This document shows positions 42,357 through 58,097 of a DNA stretch of 64,000 nt, in pieces (positions within the stretch are counted from its first letter, which is position 1; each line of letters opens with the position of its first letter). The notes under the pieces are model-generated. The model did not search any database, was not told the origin of the DNA, and saw only the letters and a program-made list of their open reading frames with translations. The stretch comes from Octopus sinensis (taxonomy: Eukaryota), in assembly GCF_006345805.1 (NCBI RefSeq), contig NC_043004.1:57350001-57414000 (forward strand), written 5' to 3'. The translations under genes and the position numbers were made by a program.

Positions 42357-42590
42357 ACACGACGAATAAACATCATCATCATCAACAGCAGGAGCTCCAC
42401 CAACACCATCACTTCCACGTCCAACACCAACACCACTACGACCACCACCACTATGAGCACCGTCATCAGCAATCGTCGTTATCGTCACTGTCGTCGTCGT
42501 CATCGTCATCATCATCATCATCATCAATATCATCATCATCATCATCGTCGTCGTCATTGTCATCGTCGTCATCATCATCATTAGGAGCAG
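42357..42590. repeat. (CAT/CAC/CGT)n low-complexity tract
   Basis: Directly visible. Related tracts at 42910-43030, 44660-45100 (CTT)n, 47330-47690 (GACA/GATA)n and 52125-52440. Confidence 0.9.
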
Positions 42591-45500
42591 TAGAAGCCTC
42601 AGTTTGAGAAAAATCGATTTTAATCATACGATAGGAATCTATCAGATTTTAAACCTTTTTCTCCGTAAATTCAAAGATTTTATCTATTTATTTTCGGCCT
42701 TTTTATTATCTTTTTCTTTTCTATTTTATAATGCCCCCTCTCTTTATTGCCACGTGTGTATTTATTCGGGTAATTCACTCACACCAGTACGCAGCACCAT
42801 TTTACTGCTAAAACATACGAATTATTCTTGGTCTATACAGTTCATCGTGATGATAATCCAATTACTGACGAATAACTGCAATGAAAAGGCTAGAAACACT
42901 ACTAAAATAGCAATGTTGATGATTGCGATATTGATGATGATGTTGCTGACGACAACAACCGTGGTGGTAGTGGTGGTAACGATGCTGCTGCTGATGATGA
43001 TGAAGTTGAGGAAGAAGGAGAAGTAGAAGAAAAAGAAATAAGATGTATGTCTAAAGAAGATAGGGAAAAGGATGAATTGGAATAAAAGAGAGAAAGAAAG
43101 GACGATGTGATAGGAAGAAGCGAACGAAGAAGAAAATTATCAAACACAACAAGAAGGGAAGAAATAAAGAAATGAAAAAAAAACCTAGCAAAATAAAATA
43201 TATATGGTTTGAAGATCAACAACAGCAACGTCTGCATAAAGCAAAATAGGATAAGATAAGACAATAAAAGAAAGGAAGTAAAAGAAAATAAAAAACAGAA
43301 CGTTGCAAAAAGCAAAAATCCTGGAAAATAAAAAAAATTGGGGAAAGATTTATTCTTTTTTAATTTTTTTATTTTCTAGAATCTAACGTCCGAAAATATT
43401 CGAGTCGATTCTCACAGGTATTTCAACGAACAAACTTGATATATTCGATGAATATGTGACATTGATCTTGCTCATAGTTTTATGAGCAGAAAGCTAAAAT
43501 TGGGAACACGATGAGTTGAGAAATTGAAGTAACCCAATTATACGGCAAGCTTGTTAAACAGCGAAGAATTTCGTGATTCTAACTCGATGGGCATACAATT
43601 TGCAAGAAATAGAACACGTGTGTAAAACTAAAAGAGAGAAATAAAAGGTTAAATGGAAGTCGTTGGCAAATAAAGAATGGTTCTCGAGAGACGAGAAGCT
43701 GGATTTTTCAATTGACAGAGTGGAGAACGTGATGTCGGAAAGAGTCAACAGCACAGTTAAAAGACAGCGAAGAAACAAGAATATTTATTTCATTTTAGAA
43801 ATAAATAATATTTTTGTGAAACTATTATATGAAGAAAATTCCAAATACTTTTTAAATTACAAATACAATATATACATATATATCTATATATGTATGTATG
43901 TACGAATTCTATGTGTGTATATATCGGTACTTCGTTGTACCATTTATTTACTTTTATATATATATATATACGAATATATACGAATATATATATCGTTAAA
44001 TGTATATACTTACCATATACATATATATATAGGTATGAATGTGTGTATGTGCGCGAACGTGTGTGTATGTGTACCTGTGTGTGTGTGTTTTGGTATGTTC
44101 AAGTAAACAGCACCAACTCAGTTAAACTTATACACATTTAGCCACTCATACACTCATACACATCACTTCACACGTATTGATATTTTTCGCGTTACTGCGT
44201 TTTCTTCCGTTCCTGTGTTCTTCCTGGTTATGTCTTCTTGGTCACCAGAGTGAGTTCCTTCAAGTGTAACGTTCAGAAATAGTTATTTTCAAGTAATCTA
44301 ATATATTAAATCCATTCATTTATGGCAATCTAACGCTATTGTCTTTCTCTCAGCTTCTATTGCACTCTCTTTCGCGATCACCTCATTGTATTTTCCCATG
44401 CATCACCTTACTCTCTCTCTCTCTCTCTCTCTCCCTCCTCCCTCTTTCTACCCCCCCCGTCTATATATGTGCTATCGTGCGCGCATGTGTGTGTGTTTCC
44501 CTGTTTTACTACCAATCTTTCTATGTCTATTCTTATTTTCACTCGGTTTCGTTTTTTTTTATTTTTCTCTGTCTATATCAATTTAATTTTTTTTCTTCTG
44601 CTGAACTATATCTTTCACACGAAGTCTATACTGAACTTTGGTTTCGATAATACCCGTTAATACCTTCTTCTTCTTTTCTTTTTTGGTCTTCTTTTCCTTC
44701 TTCTTCGTCTCCTCCTTCTTCTTCTTCTTGATCTTCTTGTCCTTCGTCTTCTTCTTCTTCCCCCTCTTCTCCTTCCTCCCCTCCTCCTCCTTCCTCCTTC
44801 TTCCTCCTCTAATTCTTCTTAATCTTCTTCTCCTTCCTCTTCTTCCTTTTCTTCTTCTTCTTCTTCCTTTTTTCTTTTCTTCCTTTTCTTCTTCTTCCTT
44901 TTCTTCTTCTTCCTTTTCTTCTTCTTCCCATTCTTCTTCTTCCTTTTCTTCTTTTTCTTCTTAATCTTCTTCTTCCCTTTCTTCTTCTTCTTCTTCCTTT
45001 TCTTCTTCTTCTTCTTCTTCTTCTTCTTCTTCTTTTTTCTTCTGCCTTTTCTTCTTTTTCTTCTTCCTCTCCTTCTTCTACTACTACAACTACTACTTCT
45101 GCTTCTTCCGTCTGTCTGTCTGTCTGTCTCTCTGTCTTTCTCACTCTCACTTTCATAGATTCTCTCCGATATCTTCTCACACATTTCCTCTCAATTTACC
45201 TACAACATTTAGTATCTTCATTTTACTCTTTGTTTCTGTCCTCAATTTTTGTACTTATCGCTCTTTCGATTTGTAATCCCTAACTTCAATGCTTCACACA
45301 CACACACACCCAAAACACGAACACACACACACAGAATATCTGACTGAAGCCATGGTCTTTTCTATAGACAGTGTATTGAGGTTGGTGTTAAATACCTGTT
45401 TCTTTTGCTCGACTGACATCAAGGTGACAAAGCGTCGATCCCTTTTTATCGAACCAGTAACGGTAGAATCATCCTGATTCACTAAACTACTCTCCAATTC

Positions 45501-48032
45501 ATTGGATTACATTAACAGTAGATATCCCTAGGGATGTACAAATGTGCTGGAATGGTTTCCTTCAGCGCAGCGCCATCAATATTCTTTAGACCTCGCATTT
45601 GCAATTTCGTTGGCCGGAAGTCTGAAACTGATCATTAATTACGTATAAAACTAAATTATGCTGCCAATTAGTGTAACCAATAAATGAAATTATTTTGACA
45701 ACTAAGCCATAAATAATGAGACTGCATGCGATTCTTTACTTTTAGAAAGCTTTAACTTTGTTCAAACTATCCATAACGCTACCTTAATGACGAATCAGTT
45801 CTAAAATTCCGAAGAAATTTTCATTGTCTCCTTCACAAATGATATGTTGTGTTTTTATTCTATTAGAAGCTAGATCTCGCTCTGCTCACAAAAGTGTACC
45901 ATCCAGTAAACGTATTAAAATATTCTACGGAAAGGTTTCCCTGATTTTGTCTGTTCATTAAGTAGAAATCTCCTGTGACATAGATTTCGCTCTGAGTTAC
46001 TTTAATCTAATGTGGAATTAGTCTTTCGTCCCTTAGGATATCGATAAAATAAGTTGCAAGTTAATACCGACGTTGATATAATCGACTAAAATTCTTTTTG
46101 GTAGCATGAGAGACTGGACAAATTCCAATGAATGAAACAGATAAAAGAATAAAAGAAGCTCTCCTAGGATATGCTACATGATTTAACACCCAAATTCGAT
46201 GCCAAAACTAAACCAAAACATTTCTCTTTTTTTTTTTAATTTTGCATTTGAACTGATGCATAAACAATATGAATGAAAGAATGGCAATAGCGTCACATAT
46301 TCTGTTGAGACTCAGTTTAGGCAGGAGCTTTTGTTTATCAAATTTGTAATGTATTGTTGTTTAGCCTGAGGTTAGCCCTGACAGAATGGGTATATGAACT
46401 AAGGCATTCCAGCTGCAACCAGTCTCTCTTTTCTCAGGAATAGAGATTATAGGAGTACATTATTTAAAGTGTCGTTCATAACCTGCGGTTTATTCACTGA
46501 AGAAAAGCAGCGAATATAAACGAGGCCGGCTGGAGGTCCGTAGGAATTTATCATCAGAATGAATAGCTTCGACAAAAATGATTCTTATAAAGTGTGTTCT
46601 CTTACAGACAGCAACGGACCAGTTCAAGTCAAGTCAGGAATCTCATCATAAGCTGATGATACTTGTCACTGGCCGAGTGGTCAGCGACTAAACCGTTTCC
46701 ACCACTTGATTAGTTTCCTACTCTTGTGTGGAGGCTAACTGAACACACAGCTGACTAAAACAAAGACCCCTCACTTGCTGGATGAGCTCCTTGTAGACGA
46801 ACAGCTATGCAGTTGTAGAAGGCAATCGCAAACCACCTCAATGACCTTGCCAAGAAAATCCTATTCAGAAGGTGAAAACGATGTAATGCTGAACGCTTTT
46901 ATCCGATGGGTGAACTCACGCATTATCAGGAAGATTTTATTGTTATTTCATCTATGAACTTAATTTTGTTTGATCAGCTTTAGCTTGGGTTAAATAAAAC
47001 TACAACCTTGAGATTTGGGGGAAAATGAAAATAGTGTGTGTGTTTGTGTGAGTGTGTATGTGTGTCTTTGTGTGCCGACTACAGGCGTGCACATATTAGA
47101 AGCTAATGGGTTGTCACATAAATTCGTTCGTTACCATTTATGTAATACTTTTCCCTATAATTTGAATTAACGTGAAAAATAGGCACAGGCTTCCATGTGT
47201 TGTATGCCATTTGATCCCTGTCACGTAGTTCCGCACCCAGTTGCACTGTGTAGTTGCTTGAAAAAGCGTCTTCTATAGCTCGTGCCCACCAAAGCCTAAA
47301 TAGATTGATAGGTAGATAGGCAAACATATAGTAAGATAGACAGACGGACAGACAGACAGCTAGAAAGATAGACAGACGGACGGGCAGACAGACATATAGA
47401 TACATAGACAGGCTGAGGGACGGACGGACGGATGGACAGACGGACAGACAGAGAGAAAGACACAGACAGACAAACTGACAGATAAATAGACTGACGAACA
47501 GACAGATAGAAAAGATAGACTGACGGACAGACAGACAGATAGATAGACAAACAGAGGGACGGACGGACAGACAGACAGACAGACAGAAAGACACACAGAC
47601 TGACAGATAGATAGAAAGACAGACAGACAGATTGATACATACACAGAGAGACAGATAGGTAGACAGATAGATAGATAGATAGATAGAGGTGTGTGTCACT
47701 TTGTATGTATCTGTCGTTCACGATCGCAAGACAACCGTTGTTAGTGAATTGCGTTCCTTTATTTTAGCGATTCAGTTCAACAGACCCGTAGAATGACTAC
47801 CAGGCTTTGAAAAATAAGTGAAAGGGTCGATTCGTTCGACCAAAATTCATATATATATATATATATACACATCATATATATATAATATTATTAGAGACAA
47901 AACCACTATTTTGCAAAACAAACAAGGAAAGACTTAATCATACGTAAAATTTTAATAAAATGTCAAAAAACCGCCACAGCATATATATATATATATATAC
48001 ATTAATATATATATATATACATCATATATATA

Positions 48033-48075
<43 letters not shown>

Positions 48076-48220
48076 TATATTATACATATATACATCATAT
48101 ATATTATATATATATACATCATATATATATATATATATATACATCATATATTTATATATATATGCATCATATATATATATATATACATCCTCATATATAT
48201 ATATATATATTATATATATA

Positions 48221-48251
<31 letters not shown>

Positions 48252-48354
48252 CAACATCATATATATATATATTATATACACCATCATATATATAACATAC
48301 ATCATATATAATAACTCATATATATATATATATATATATAAATCATATATATAT

Positions 48355-48400
<46 letters not shown>

Positions 48401-48866
48401 CATCATATACGTATATATTTTGTGTGTATATCTTTCTGTTTGTGTTTGTTCTCCCCACATCGCCAACGATTGAAAACTGGTGTTGGTGTATTTATGTCCC
48501 CATTACTTAGTGGTTCCGCAAGGGGAAACCTGTAGGATAAGTACCAGTTTAAAAATAAAAAAAAATAAGTCGTGGAATCAATACTGCTCGACTTACACAC
48601 TTCAAGGCGTTGCCCCAGCATGGCCGTAGTCAGATGACTGAAACAAGAAAAGAAAACAACGAAAATAAAAGATCTAATTTGAAATGTAATTTTCATTGCT
48701 TTCATGATCGATGTCTGTATTAAGACATAGTGGGTTGGTGCATAATTATTGAAGCTTCTTTTCAACAAATTTTATTCAACAAATACGGTAACAACATTTA
48801 ACAAAAACATCTTTAAATGACGGTCTGCCGTCTGCCAAGCAAATGGGAAGCAGTAATTAAACAATA

Positions 48867-49665
<799 letters not shown>

Positions 49666-49724
49666 ATGTGACTAATGTAGTAGTAGTAGTAGTAGTAGTA
49701 GAGCTAATAATAATGATAATGATA

Positions 49725-49902
49725 ACAATAATATGGGCTCAATCCCATTGAAACTTCAAGAATTCTGATGGAAAAAGCAGCCTTATTGGGTACAGCGCAC
49801 ATCTTAAGGAAAGTATTATATGTCTAAGGTCTTATTTTGTGACTTGACAGATGACTAAAGACTCCGATGCATTTTTAACTACAATGTGTTGCGAAGGAAT
49901 AA

Positions 49903-49935
<33 letters not shown>
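49725..49935 (+). mobile_element. 3' end of an R4/Dong-like LINE running into (TAA)n
   Basis: MEKAALLGTAHILRKVLYV* followed by a short UTR and (AAT)n. Confidence 0.75.
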
Positions 49936-49937
<2 letters not shown>

Positions 49938-49944
<7 letters not shown>

Positions 49945-50513
49945 TATAATAATAAATTGCCCTGATGTAGTACCAGACAGTGGCTCTCATGGCTTCTGAT
50001 CTTAACTGATTGGAAGTGTTATCATGTACCTTGTTTTGTCTTGTTATAAAAGATGGGCTACAGCAAATATTCTGCTCAATACCACAGATTTGCTTGCCAG
50101 TTGCTTGACCTTAACCAGTTGAGCATGTTCCCTTAGTGGCTGACGATATGTGCATCTCTGATCACGAGCAGAAGTAGTGGGGGAGCATCATAGCCATGTG
50201 TTGAAAGGAATTCTTGGATGTTTGGATAATTCACTTTTGGAAACATGGGTGGTTCATTCAACATCGTTAAACAATCCTTATTCAGGGACCTTTTGGGCGA
50301 GATGGGCTACTCAACCAGAAGAAAATTCTAACTGGGCCCCACCTGCAAGGTCATGTGCAGTTTATCTTGATATGAGATCACCATGTCACGCACATATGGT
50401 TGTGATGCATGTGCTTAGTGTACCCTTATCAGACGGGTAGTCATTTTGGGTAAACTGGGCTTCGTATATTTTACCCCAGTGTCACTTTGATGGCATGCAC
50501 TGCTCTCTCACTC

Positions 50514-50516
<3 letters not shown>
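49938..50516. repeat. Unclassified interspersed repeat flanked by (TAA)n on both sides
   Basis: Segment 50093-50200 recurs at 23304-23412, also next to (ATT)n. Confidence 0.7.
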
Positions 50517-50551
<35 letters not shown>

Positions 50552-50634
50552 TAATACCAACAACAACAATAACAACAATAATAATAATAATAATGAGGAT
50601 AATAATAATAATTATTATTATAATTATTTCTCTT

Positions 50635-50812
50635 ATAGGCACAAGGCCTGGAATTTTCGGGGAGGGTGTAAGCTAATTACATCCACCCCAGTGCGTATCT
50701 GGTACTTATTTAATCCACCCCGAAAGGATGAAGGGCAAAGTTGACCTCGGCGGGATGTGGTCTTAAAAACGTGAAGACGGTCGAAATGATGCTAAACATT
50801 TTGCCCGGCGTG
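50635..50812 (-). mobile_element. Type C SINE, degenerate
   Basis: Reverse complement of the type C core (CCGAAAGGATGAAGGGCAAAGTTGACCTCGGC). Confidence 0.75.
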
Positions 50813-50860
50813 TAAAAATATTCATAATAATGTTAATGATTTCATTTATTTATCACCGAT

Positions 50861-50915
<55 letters not shown>

Positions 50916-50948
50916 TCGTACACACAAACATTCTCATAGACACACACA

Positions 50949-51002
<54 letters not shown>

Positions 51003-51789
51003 CCTGAGGTATACATGTGCGTGAATGCATGTATAAACTTTAAACTTGAATCTCAATTTCATAGCGTAATTTCAATACTTCTCCATAACTTTTAATCACA
51101 TCATAGTTATCTCCCTTGCAACAGACGCACACACGTCGCTTGGCGAATATTTAGTTGTTAGCCGTATAATGAAGAGATAAATATAGATTAGTATAGTTAA
51201 ATTTAGAATATATTGTGTAAGTTAAACACGAGATTAAACATTAAGGAAAACGAAAATAATAATAGATATATACTTTGTGACAAACTATTGCAATTATGAA
51301 AACGGAACGAGTTATTAATGTTAAACTGTCTTGTTATTGACGAAAGTCAAAAAACCATAGGAGCGTATTTTATTCATATATGTAAAGCTAATGATAAATT
51401 AATACAGATAAAGCTAATGATTTAAGTTAAATCATTTGCGATTGTCACTTTTGTTTGATTTTTTTTTAAATGTCCATCGTTTAAAAGAGACGTTTTAGCA
51501 CCAGATACAATATGATGATCAAATTAAATCATTAAATATTCTGTAGACAAAATTTTATACATTTGTATATTTATTTATTTATTTATTTATGGGAATAAAT
51601 TTACATCTTCATTTTCTTATCAGGTTGATATTTTGAGCTGTGTGTATCACGTACTTAATATAGTCACAATGAAAAACTGTTCATATGATATGTTTGAATA
51701 CGCGTCCGTATATGCGTATTTATGAACACACCTGTTGTGTGTGTTTGTGTGTGTGTGTGTGTGTGTCTGTGTGTGTGTGTGTGTGTGTC

Positions 51790-51834
<45 letters not shown>

Positions 51835-52317
51835 TTGTTCTGTAAATGTATTTATTTTTGTGTGGATGTATCTATTTAAGTACACCGCTGAGATTCATCA
51901 TCTCTGTTCTGAAATGGCTTAAAATATATTTAAATAAATCATTTTATTTGTGTTTATAATTCATATTTCGGATATTCTTCTTCAATCATATCGCTGAAAA
52001 ATGGTAATGAATTTATCATTCCATATCACGGTAAACTTAATTGAATCAATTTATATTACAACAGCTGTAGAAACTCCAGGGAAAACGTGTGTTCTTCTAC
52101 TGATTAAATAAATAAATAATCAAATATGATGATGATGTCGGCGATGATAACGGTAAAACTACTCATGATGATGATGATGATAATCAGGATCATCACAATG
52201 ATGATGATCATCATCATGATGATCATACCGATGATGTAGGAGGAGAGTAGGACCACAATGATGATGAGTATGATAATGTGATGATGAAGATGATGATAAT
52301 GTGCATGTGATAAGGAA

Positions 52318-52349
<32 letters not shown>

Positions 52350-53530
52350 CCATGACCATGACGATGGTGGTGGTGGTGGTGGAGGTGATGATGGTGGTGG
52401 TGGTGGTGGTGGTTACGGCGGCGAGGTGGTGTTGGTGACGCTGAAGAAGATCTATTTAAAGCAGGGGCGTCGGATGAATGTCAAGCACAGAGTACAAAAA
52501 GTGCGGCTTAGACAGAATTAAAACCTTAACAGAGAAAGAAAGGATAACAAAGAGAAGAAAACACAATTATTGCTGTTTCGATGTTTAATTGGTTCTAGTA
52601 CATCACTGGTACTTTACTTCATCGACATCTGAATGATGGATGTCGAAGTGGAGGTTGACAACTGTGGAATTACCCAGTGAGATCATCATACGCAGGAATT
52701 ATGATGACGTTCGCCTTTTACAGTATGGAATATGAAAGATATCAAGCCAGAAAATAAACAATATAGACACAGATATTGTAAGAGATGAGAGCCAACCAGC
52801 AGCCAAATAGAATGCGATCCACGGGCAACGGGAGCTATCAATGGAAATTTCTCACTCAAGTTGCTTTTTGCAACGTACATATATAGACAGACCCATTCAC
52901 GAAAATAAAACTCGCTAGTCTTTAACACCTTTCAGCAAATATACTGATGGGAAGAACTTATTGTTCTCCACCCTTACCAACCTTTTCAGGTAATATTTGA
53001 AGAAATTCATAGTGATTTAGTCGAAAATAAAAGTGTTTCTCTCCTCAGAACCTCAGTTTTGTAATTATCGTTTACCATACAAAAATAATTACTTCATTCA
53101 TAAAGCATTAGTCGTATGCTCCGAGACATTATAATTTATAAAAGCCAAAGATATTTCTGGAGGTTGTCTGAATCGTTCGAGCATCGAGCCAAATACCAAG
53201 CAATGAATGTTTCCGCTCTTTATAATCTAAGTCAAATAATAGATCATTCGTCTGGGCACGATAAAGCAAGCAACCAGTCAAGTACTTATGTCATTATAAT
53301 CAATTTTTCAGAAAATTCGATGTATTTGCTCAACTTCTATCTTCTGCTTGCTTCAATTATTGGAATGCGACCATGCTGCAGCACGGCCTCAAATGGTTAA
53401 TGAACAAATCTTTTAAGGTCCAGTGTTAATTCTATCACTTTCGTATGCTGAATTGATAAGTTACCAAGACATACGCATATCATCACTGGTTATCTCGCGG
53501 CAGTACAGAGTAAATACAAATACACACACA

Positions 53531-53593
<63 letters not shown>

Positions 53594-54491
53594 GGTGCAG
53601 GAGTGACTGTGTAAGTCCCTGTAAACAAGCCAGCATTAGTGCTTCGGTTAAAGAGCCCGATAGAAGAAATACTAGGTTTAGAAAGAATAAGTCCTGGGGT
53701 CCATTTGTTCGACAAAAGGCGGTGCTCCAGCATGGCCACAGTCAAATGACTGAAACAAGTAAATGAATAAAAGAATATATTGTATTGCCAATGTCGATTT
53801 GATGAAATGAATGACGGTCAGAACAAACATTGCATCACTATATACTAATTAACTGAGCAGTGTTCAGCAAGAAATTGCTGAACCGCAAGCTCTCGTTTTC
53901 AACAGGGAGGGCACATTTTTCAGGTTTTTAAAAATTGTTGTAGTTACTTGTTCTTTTATCTCTCAGTGTAGAGTGATGTTCATCGATAAGTGCCCATGAT
54001 CATCAATAAGGACTTTATGCCTCCAAGACTCGTAGGAATTTGGGAGGTAATTTGAAATCTTAAATTTCGGCAGAATGCTTCCACCACTCTGGACTTCGCT
54101 AAAGGCGCTCAATGTGTGAGATGCGCGATGGATTATGTCGATTACCTACTAACACCGTGGTGGAATGCAAAGTCGGAAGGGAATCATTTCGATAAACATC
54201 GCAAGGCCCTTACCTTCCTACCAATCCACCACTTTGGATTTATGTTTTCACCATTTATACTTTAAGTCATTTGACTTTGGCTATGCTGGAGCACCGCTTT
54301 AAAGGCTTTTAGTCAAACACATGAAACGCTGGATTTATTTGTGTAGTACTTATTTTATCGGTCACATTTGCTGAAAGGCTAGGTTACTTGGAGGTAAACA
54401 CACCAACGCCGGCTGCATTCTGTGGTCGCAGTCAAACATACACACATACATATATGTGTATCCATATATACATACATATATACATACATAC

Positions 54492-55407
54492 ATAATGGAA
54501 GCACCTTACAATTTCAAACAAATTTATTTTAATATGGGATAAGACCGCCTTTGACAGTAATTACAGCTTGAATTCTATGAATTCAAACTCGTACAAAGTT
54601 TGAATTGTTTCCAAACGCATCTTTGTCCATTCTTCAGCTAAAACAGTCTCCAGTTCTTGTAGTGATGATGGTGGACGATACCGAGTCCTGAAGTTTTTTT
54701 TCGAAAATGCACCGTAAATGTTCAATAATATTGAGATCTGGGGACTGTGGTGGCCAGATAAGATGTTCAACTTCACTAGAATGTTCCTCGAGCCATTCAG
54801 TAACAACTTTAGCTGTGTAAATTGGTGCATTATCACTCTGAAAGATCGCGTTTCCCTCCAGAAACAGTTCCTGAACCACAGAATGAATTTGATTTGATAA
54901 AATGCTTAAATAGACTTGACTATTAATTCTGTCATAAAGAAAAACCATTAGGTCGGCGAATTTCCAAGATATAGCTCCCCAGATCATCACAGATCCTCCT
55001 CCATGTTCAACAGTTGGAAGAAGGCAGTCTGGGCCATATGCTTCGTTTGGCTGTCTCGTCCGAGAAAATAACATTCTTCCACTGCTCTAGGGACCATTTC
55101 TGTAGGATTTTACTTGACTCCAAACGCTTTCCAACGTCTGTGTTTGAAAGTAGTGGTTTTCTGATTGTAGCCCTCGCCTGAAATCCGACTTTGTGCAGCT
55201 CTCGGCGAACAGTTTTTTCTGGAAACCGCGTTCTCGAGGTGGTCATTAAGCTCTGCAGTAATTTTGGGAGCTGTACTTCAGTAATGCATATTAAACACTA
55301 ATAATTAATCAAAAACATAAAAATAAACAAGCTTATGACGGTTTATAGATTTTTGAAAATTATGAAGCTATGATGCTAGGTGTTTCCATTATTTTTTCTA
55401 ATCCCTG
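54492..55407 (-). mobile_element. Internally deleted Tc1-like transposon with DD36E spacing
   Basis: One end CAGGGATTAGAAAAAATAATGGAAACACCT with TA at 55408-55409; partial TIR ATAATGGAAGCACCT at 54492-54506. Motifs WKNVIFSDE, GGSVMIWGAIS, FQSDNAP...WPPQSPDLNIIE with 36 residues between D and E. Confidence 0.88.
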
Positions 55408-56315
55408 TATATATGACGGGCTTCTTTCAGCTTCCATTTATCAAATCCACTCTTATCCGAAGCTCTAAAAGAGGACACTTGCCCAAGTGGGACGGAACCT
55501 GGAACCATGTGGTTGGGAAACAAACTTCTTACCACACAGCCACGCCTGTGTCTGATTCCTTTTATACTTCTATTAATTCCGTGTCCCTCTATGTCGAAAG
55601 GCAAAGGTGAACTTAACAAAGGTGAACACAGAACGGGATGTCAATACAAAATACCATGGGGGTTCCCATCAGACGTTCTGTCGACTCTCTCAACTCGCTG
55701 CTTTGATCGTGTGATATTTTCAAACCCTCAACCTCGGTCTCCTACAGAAGTAGCAAGAAGTTTGAATATGACATGGTGGCATTTGAAAACAAAACTCATT
55801 TTCCTCAATAAATTCAATTAGTTTGAGTCTACATTTCTATGTGCTCTCACATGAATTTGACATGTTTCTATCGTTATCTAGAATAATAGATGTTTGTCAT
55901 TTTGAAAAAACTAACCTTAATGAGATAGATTTCATTATTTATTTATTTATTTTAAACTTCTGTTAATTGAAAAACTGAAGTTGGCGACGAAATCCTTTGA
56001 ATAACCTACAGATATTCTATTTGTCTGTTATTTTATTAGCAATAACGATTATTGTAAATACATTTCTCAATTGAAGTGATTGCCATAGCAGTTATTTTGT
56101 GCAAACTCTCATTAAGTAAATGAAACGCCGCCAAGATTTTTATATGTACATGTATTTTCTTTTTTTCTTCTTTAGTCAAAATTTTCATTTGTGAATTATA
56201 AATGGAGCGACATTGTTATGAGACAATGTCGTATCCCGAGGGACTTGGCCATCTATTCGGTAATACAATGAAGTCAGTGAATGAGAAGGTGATGGGAAAA
56301 GAAATAGGTTATTTG

Positions 56316-56375
<60 letters not shown>

Positions 56376-57649
56376 GCAGATAGACAGATAGATAGATAGA
56401 TAGATAGGTAGGTAGGTAGACATATTGTGTGTATATATACATATATATTTACATATACAAATACATATGCATGTGTTTTTGTCTATGTAGTTTCTACATT
56501 TTAAGTTGTTCAATTGGGCTCTGTTGTAATCCATAACCACAGATTAATGGCTCGACATCTGTAGGCGGACTTGTTCCCTTTTGTGTCTCATAAATCACTC
56601 TTATCAAAGCACAAATCAATTTTATAAATTTGTATTATATTTTAATAAGCATAACCGGTTATATTATTGACATTTCCTATTAATATTGTAGCGTTTACTT
56701 CAGTGTCTGATGTTGACTTAGGCTACACAGCATTTCAGTTGATGATTTTGCTGCTGGATATATATGTAAAAATAATTATGGTCCTCGGACAAGACAACTG
56801 AGGCTCCCGACTGGAACAATAGCGCATTTACTATATTTGTCTAACCAAAACACACAATTGCCTACACACGCTTCCCAAATTAAATTTCACATACAGTCAC
56901 TCCCCTAAAAAGAATATTTTGTATATCACTATATACTCTCTCTTTTTTACTCTTTTACTTGTTTCAATCATTTGACTGTGGCCATGCTGGAGCACCGCCT
57001 TTTTTAATCGAGCAACTCGACCCCGGGACTTATTCTTTGTAAGCCCAGTACTTATTCTATCGGGCTCTTTTGCCGAACCGCTATGTGACGGGGACGTAAA
57101 CACACCAGCATCGGTTGTCAAGCAATGCTAGGGGGACAAACACAGACACACAAACGCATGCACATACACATATATATATATACATATATACGACGGGCTT
57201 CTTTCAGTTTCCGTCTACCAAATCCACTCACAAGGCTTTGGTCGGCTATAGTAGAAGACACTTGCCCAAGGTGCCACGCAGTGGGACTAAACCCGGAACC
57301 ATGTGGTTTGTAAACATGCTACTTACCACACAGCCACTCTGTGCCTATATACTATAGTTATATTAAGCAGTCATTTATATTCGTATTCATTTGTGAGCTT
57401 CTACGTGAGCATAGATGTTTCACTAAGGAGCTCGGATTTCAATCACGTGGTTTCGCCTATAGTTTCCCTGCCTGATACCACGGCCATATGTCTATTACTA
57501 TAGTCCCAGGAAGACCGAAAGTCTGTGGATGAATGTGGTATATGGTAAGAAGTTTCCTTTCCAGCAATATGGCTTCAGGTCCGGTCCGACTGCATGGCAC
57601 CCTGAGCAAATATTTTCTATTATTGCCTTGTGAATGGATTTGATGGAAG

Positions 57650-57712
<63 letters not shown>

Positions 57713-57713
57713 G

Positions 57714-57883
57714 GAGTTAACACATAAATGTGAAATAAGGTGGAAAAAAGGGTACTCAAATACCAGTGGTAGAATAATATGCTTTATTTAAAGCAGCAGA
57801 AAATTCAACAAGACCTGTTACTCTGAGTTTCATGTTCCCGTTCGTAACAGGTTTTGTTGAATTTTCTGCGGCTTTAAATAAAG
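57714..57883 (-). mobile_element. PLE-like remnant with 40-bp inverted arms and a truncated hammerhead
   Basis: 57782-57821 versus 57844-57883, 2 mismatches. The minus strand retains ACGA ACG-ggaa-CAU GAAA CUC A GAG UA ACAGG but lacks the first three core nucleotides. Confidence 0.55.
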
Positions 57884-57898
57884 GGTATATATATATAT

Positions 57899-58097
57899 AA
57901 AGATAATCCAAACATGAAAGCACAAAAAGAAAACACAACAACGCGAGTACATGGGACAAGTATAGTGTCATTGGACGCTCAGGAAAGAAGGAAGCAAGGA
58001 GGGCCTAACGTTTCGAGCGAAGCTCTTCATCAGAAAAGGAAAGGTCCAAAGAAGGGAAGACGGATGAAAAAATCGCCAACGGTACACACGCGGTCAC
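57899..58097 (-). mobile_element. PLE-like terminal-repeat remnant (same family as 28284-28500)
   Basis: Visible alignment to 28284-28500 in the opposite orientation. Confidence 0.7.
58004..58039 (-). ncRNA. Minimal type I hammerhead ribozyme, canonical core, weak stem I
   Basis: ccuuuu CUGAUGA A GAGC-uuc-GCUC GAAA CG U U agg. Confidence 0.6.

Noticed and set aside
44809-45184. Poly-K/R/E ORFs resembling protamine-like proteins
   Set aside because: Translations of a (CTT)n-type tract; similar His/Ser/Met-rich ORFs at 42278-42607 and 52159-52359 have the same origin.
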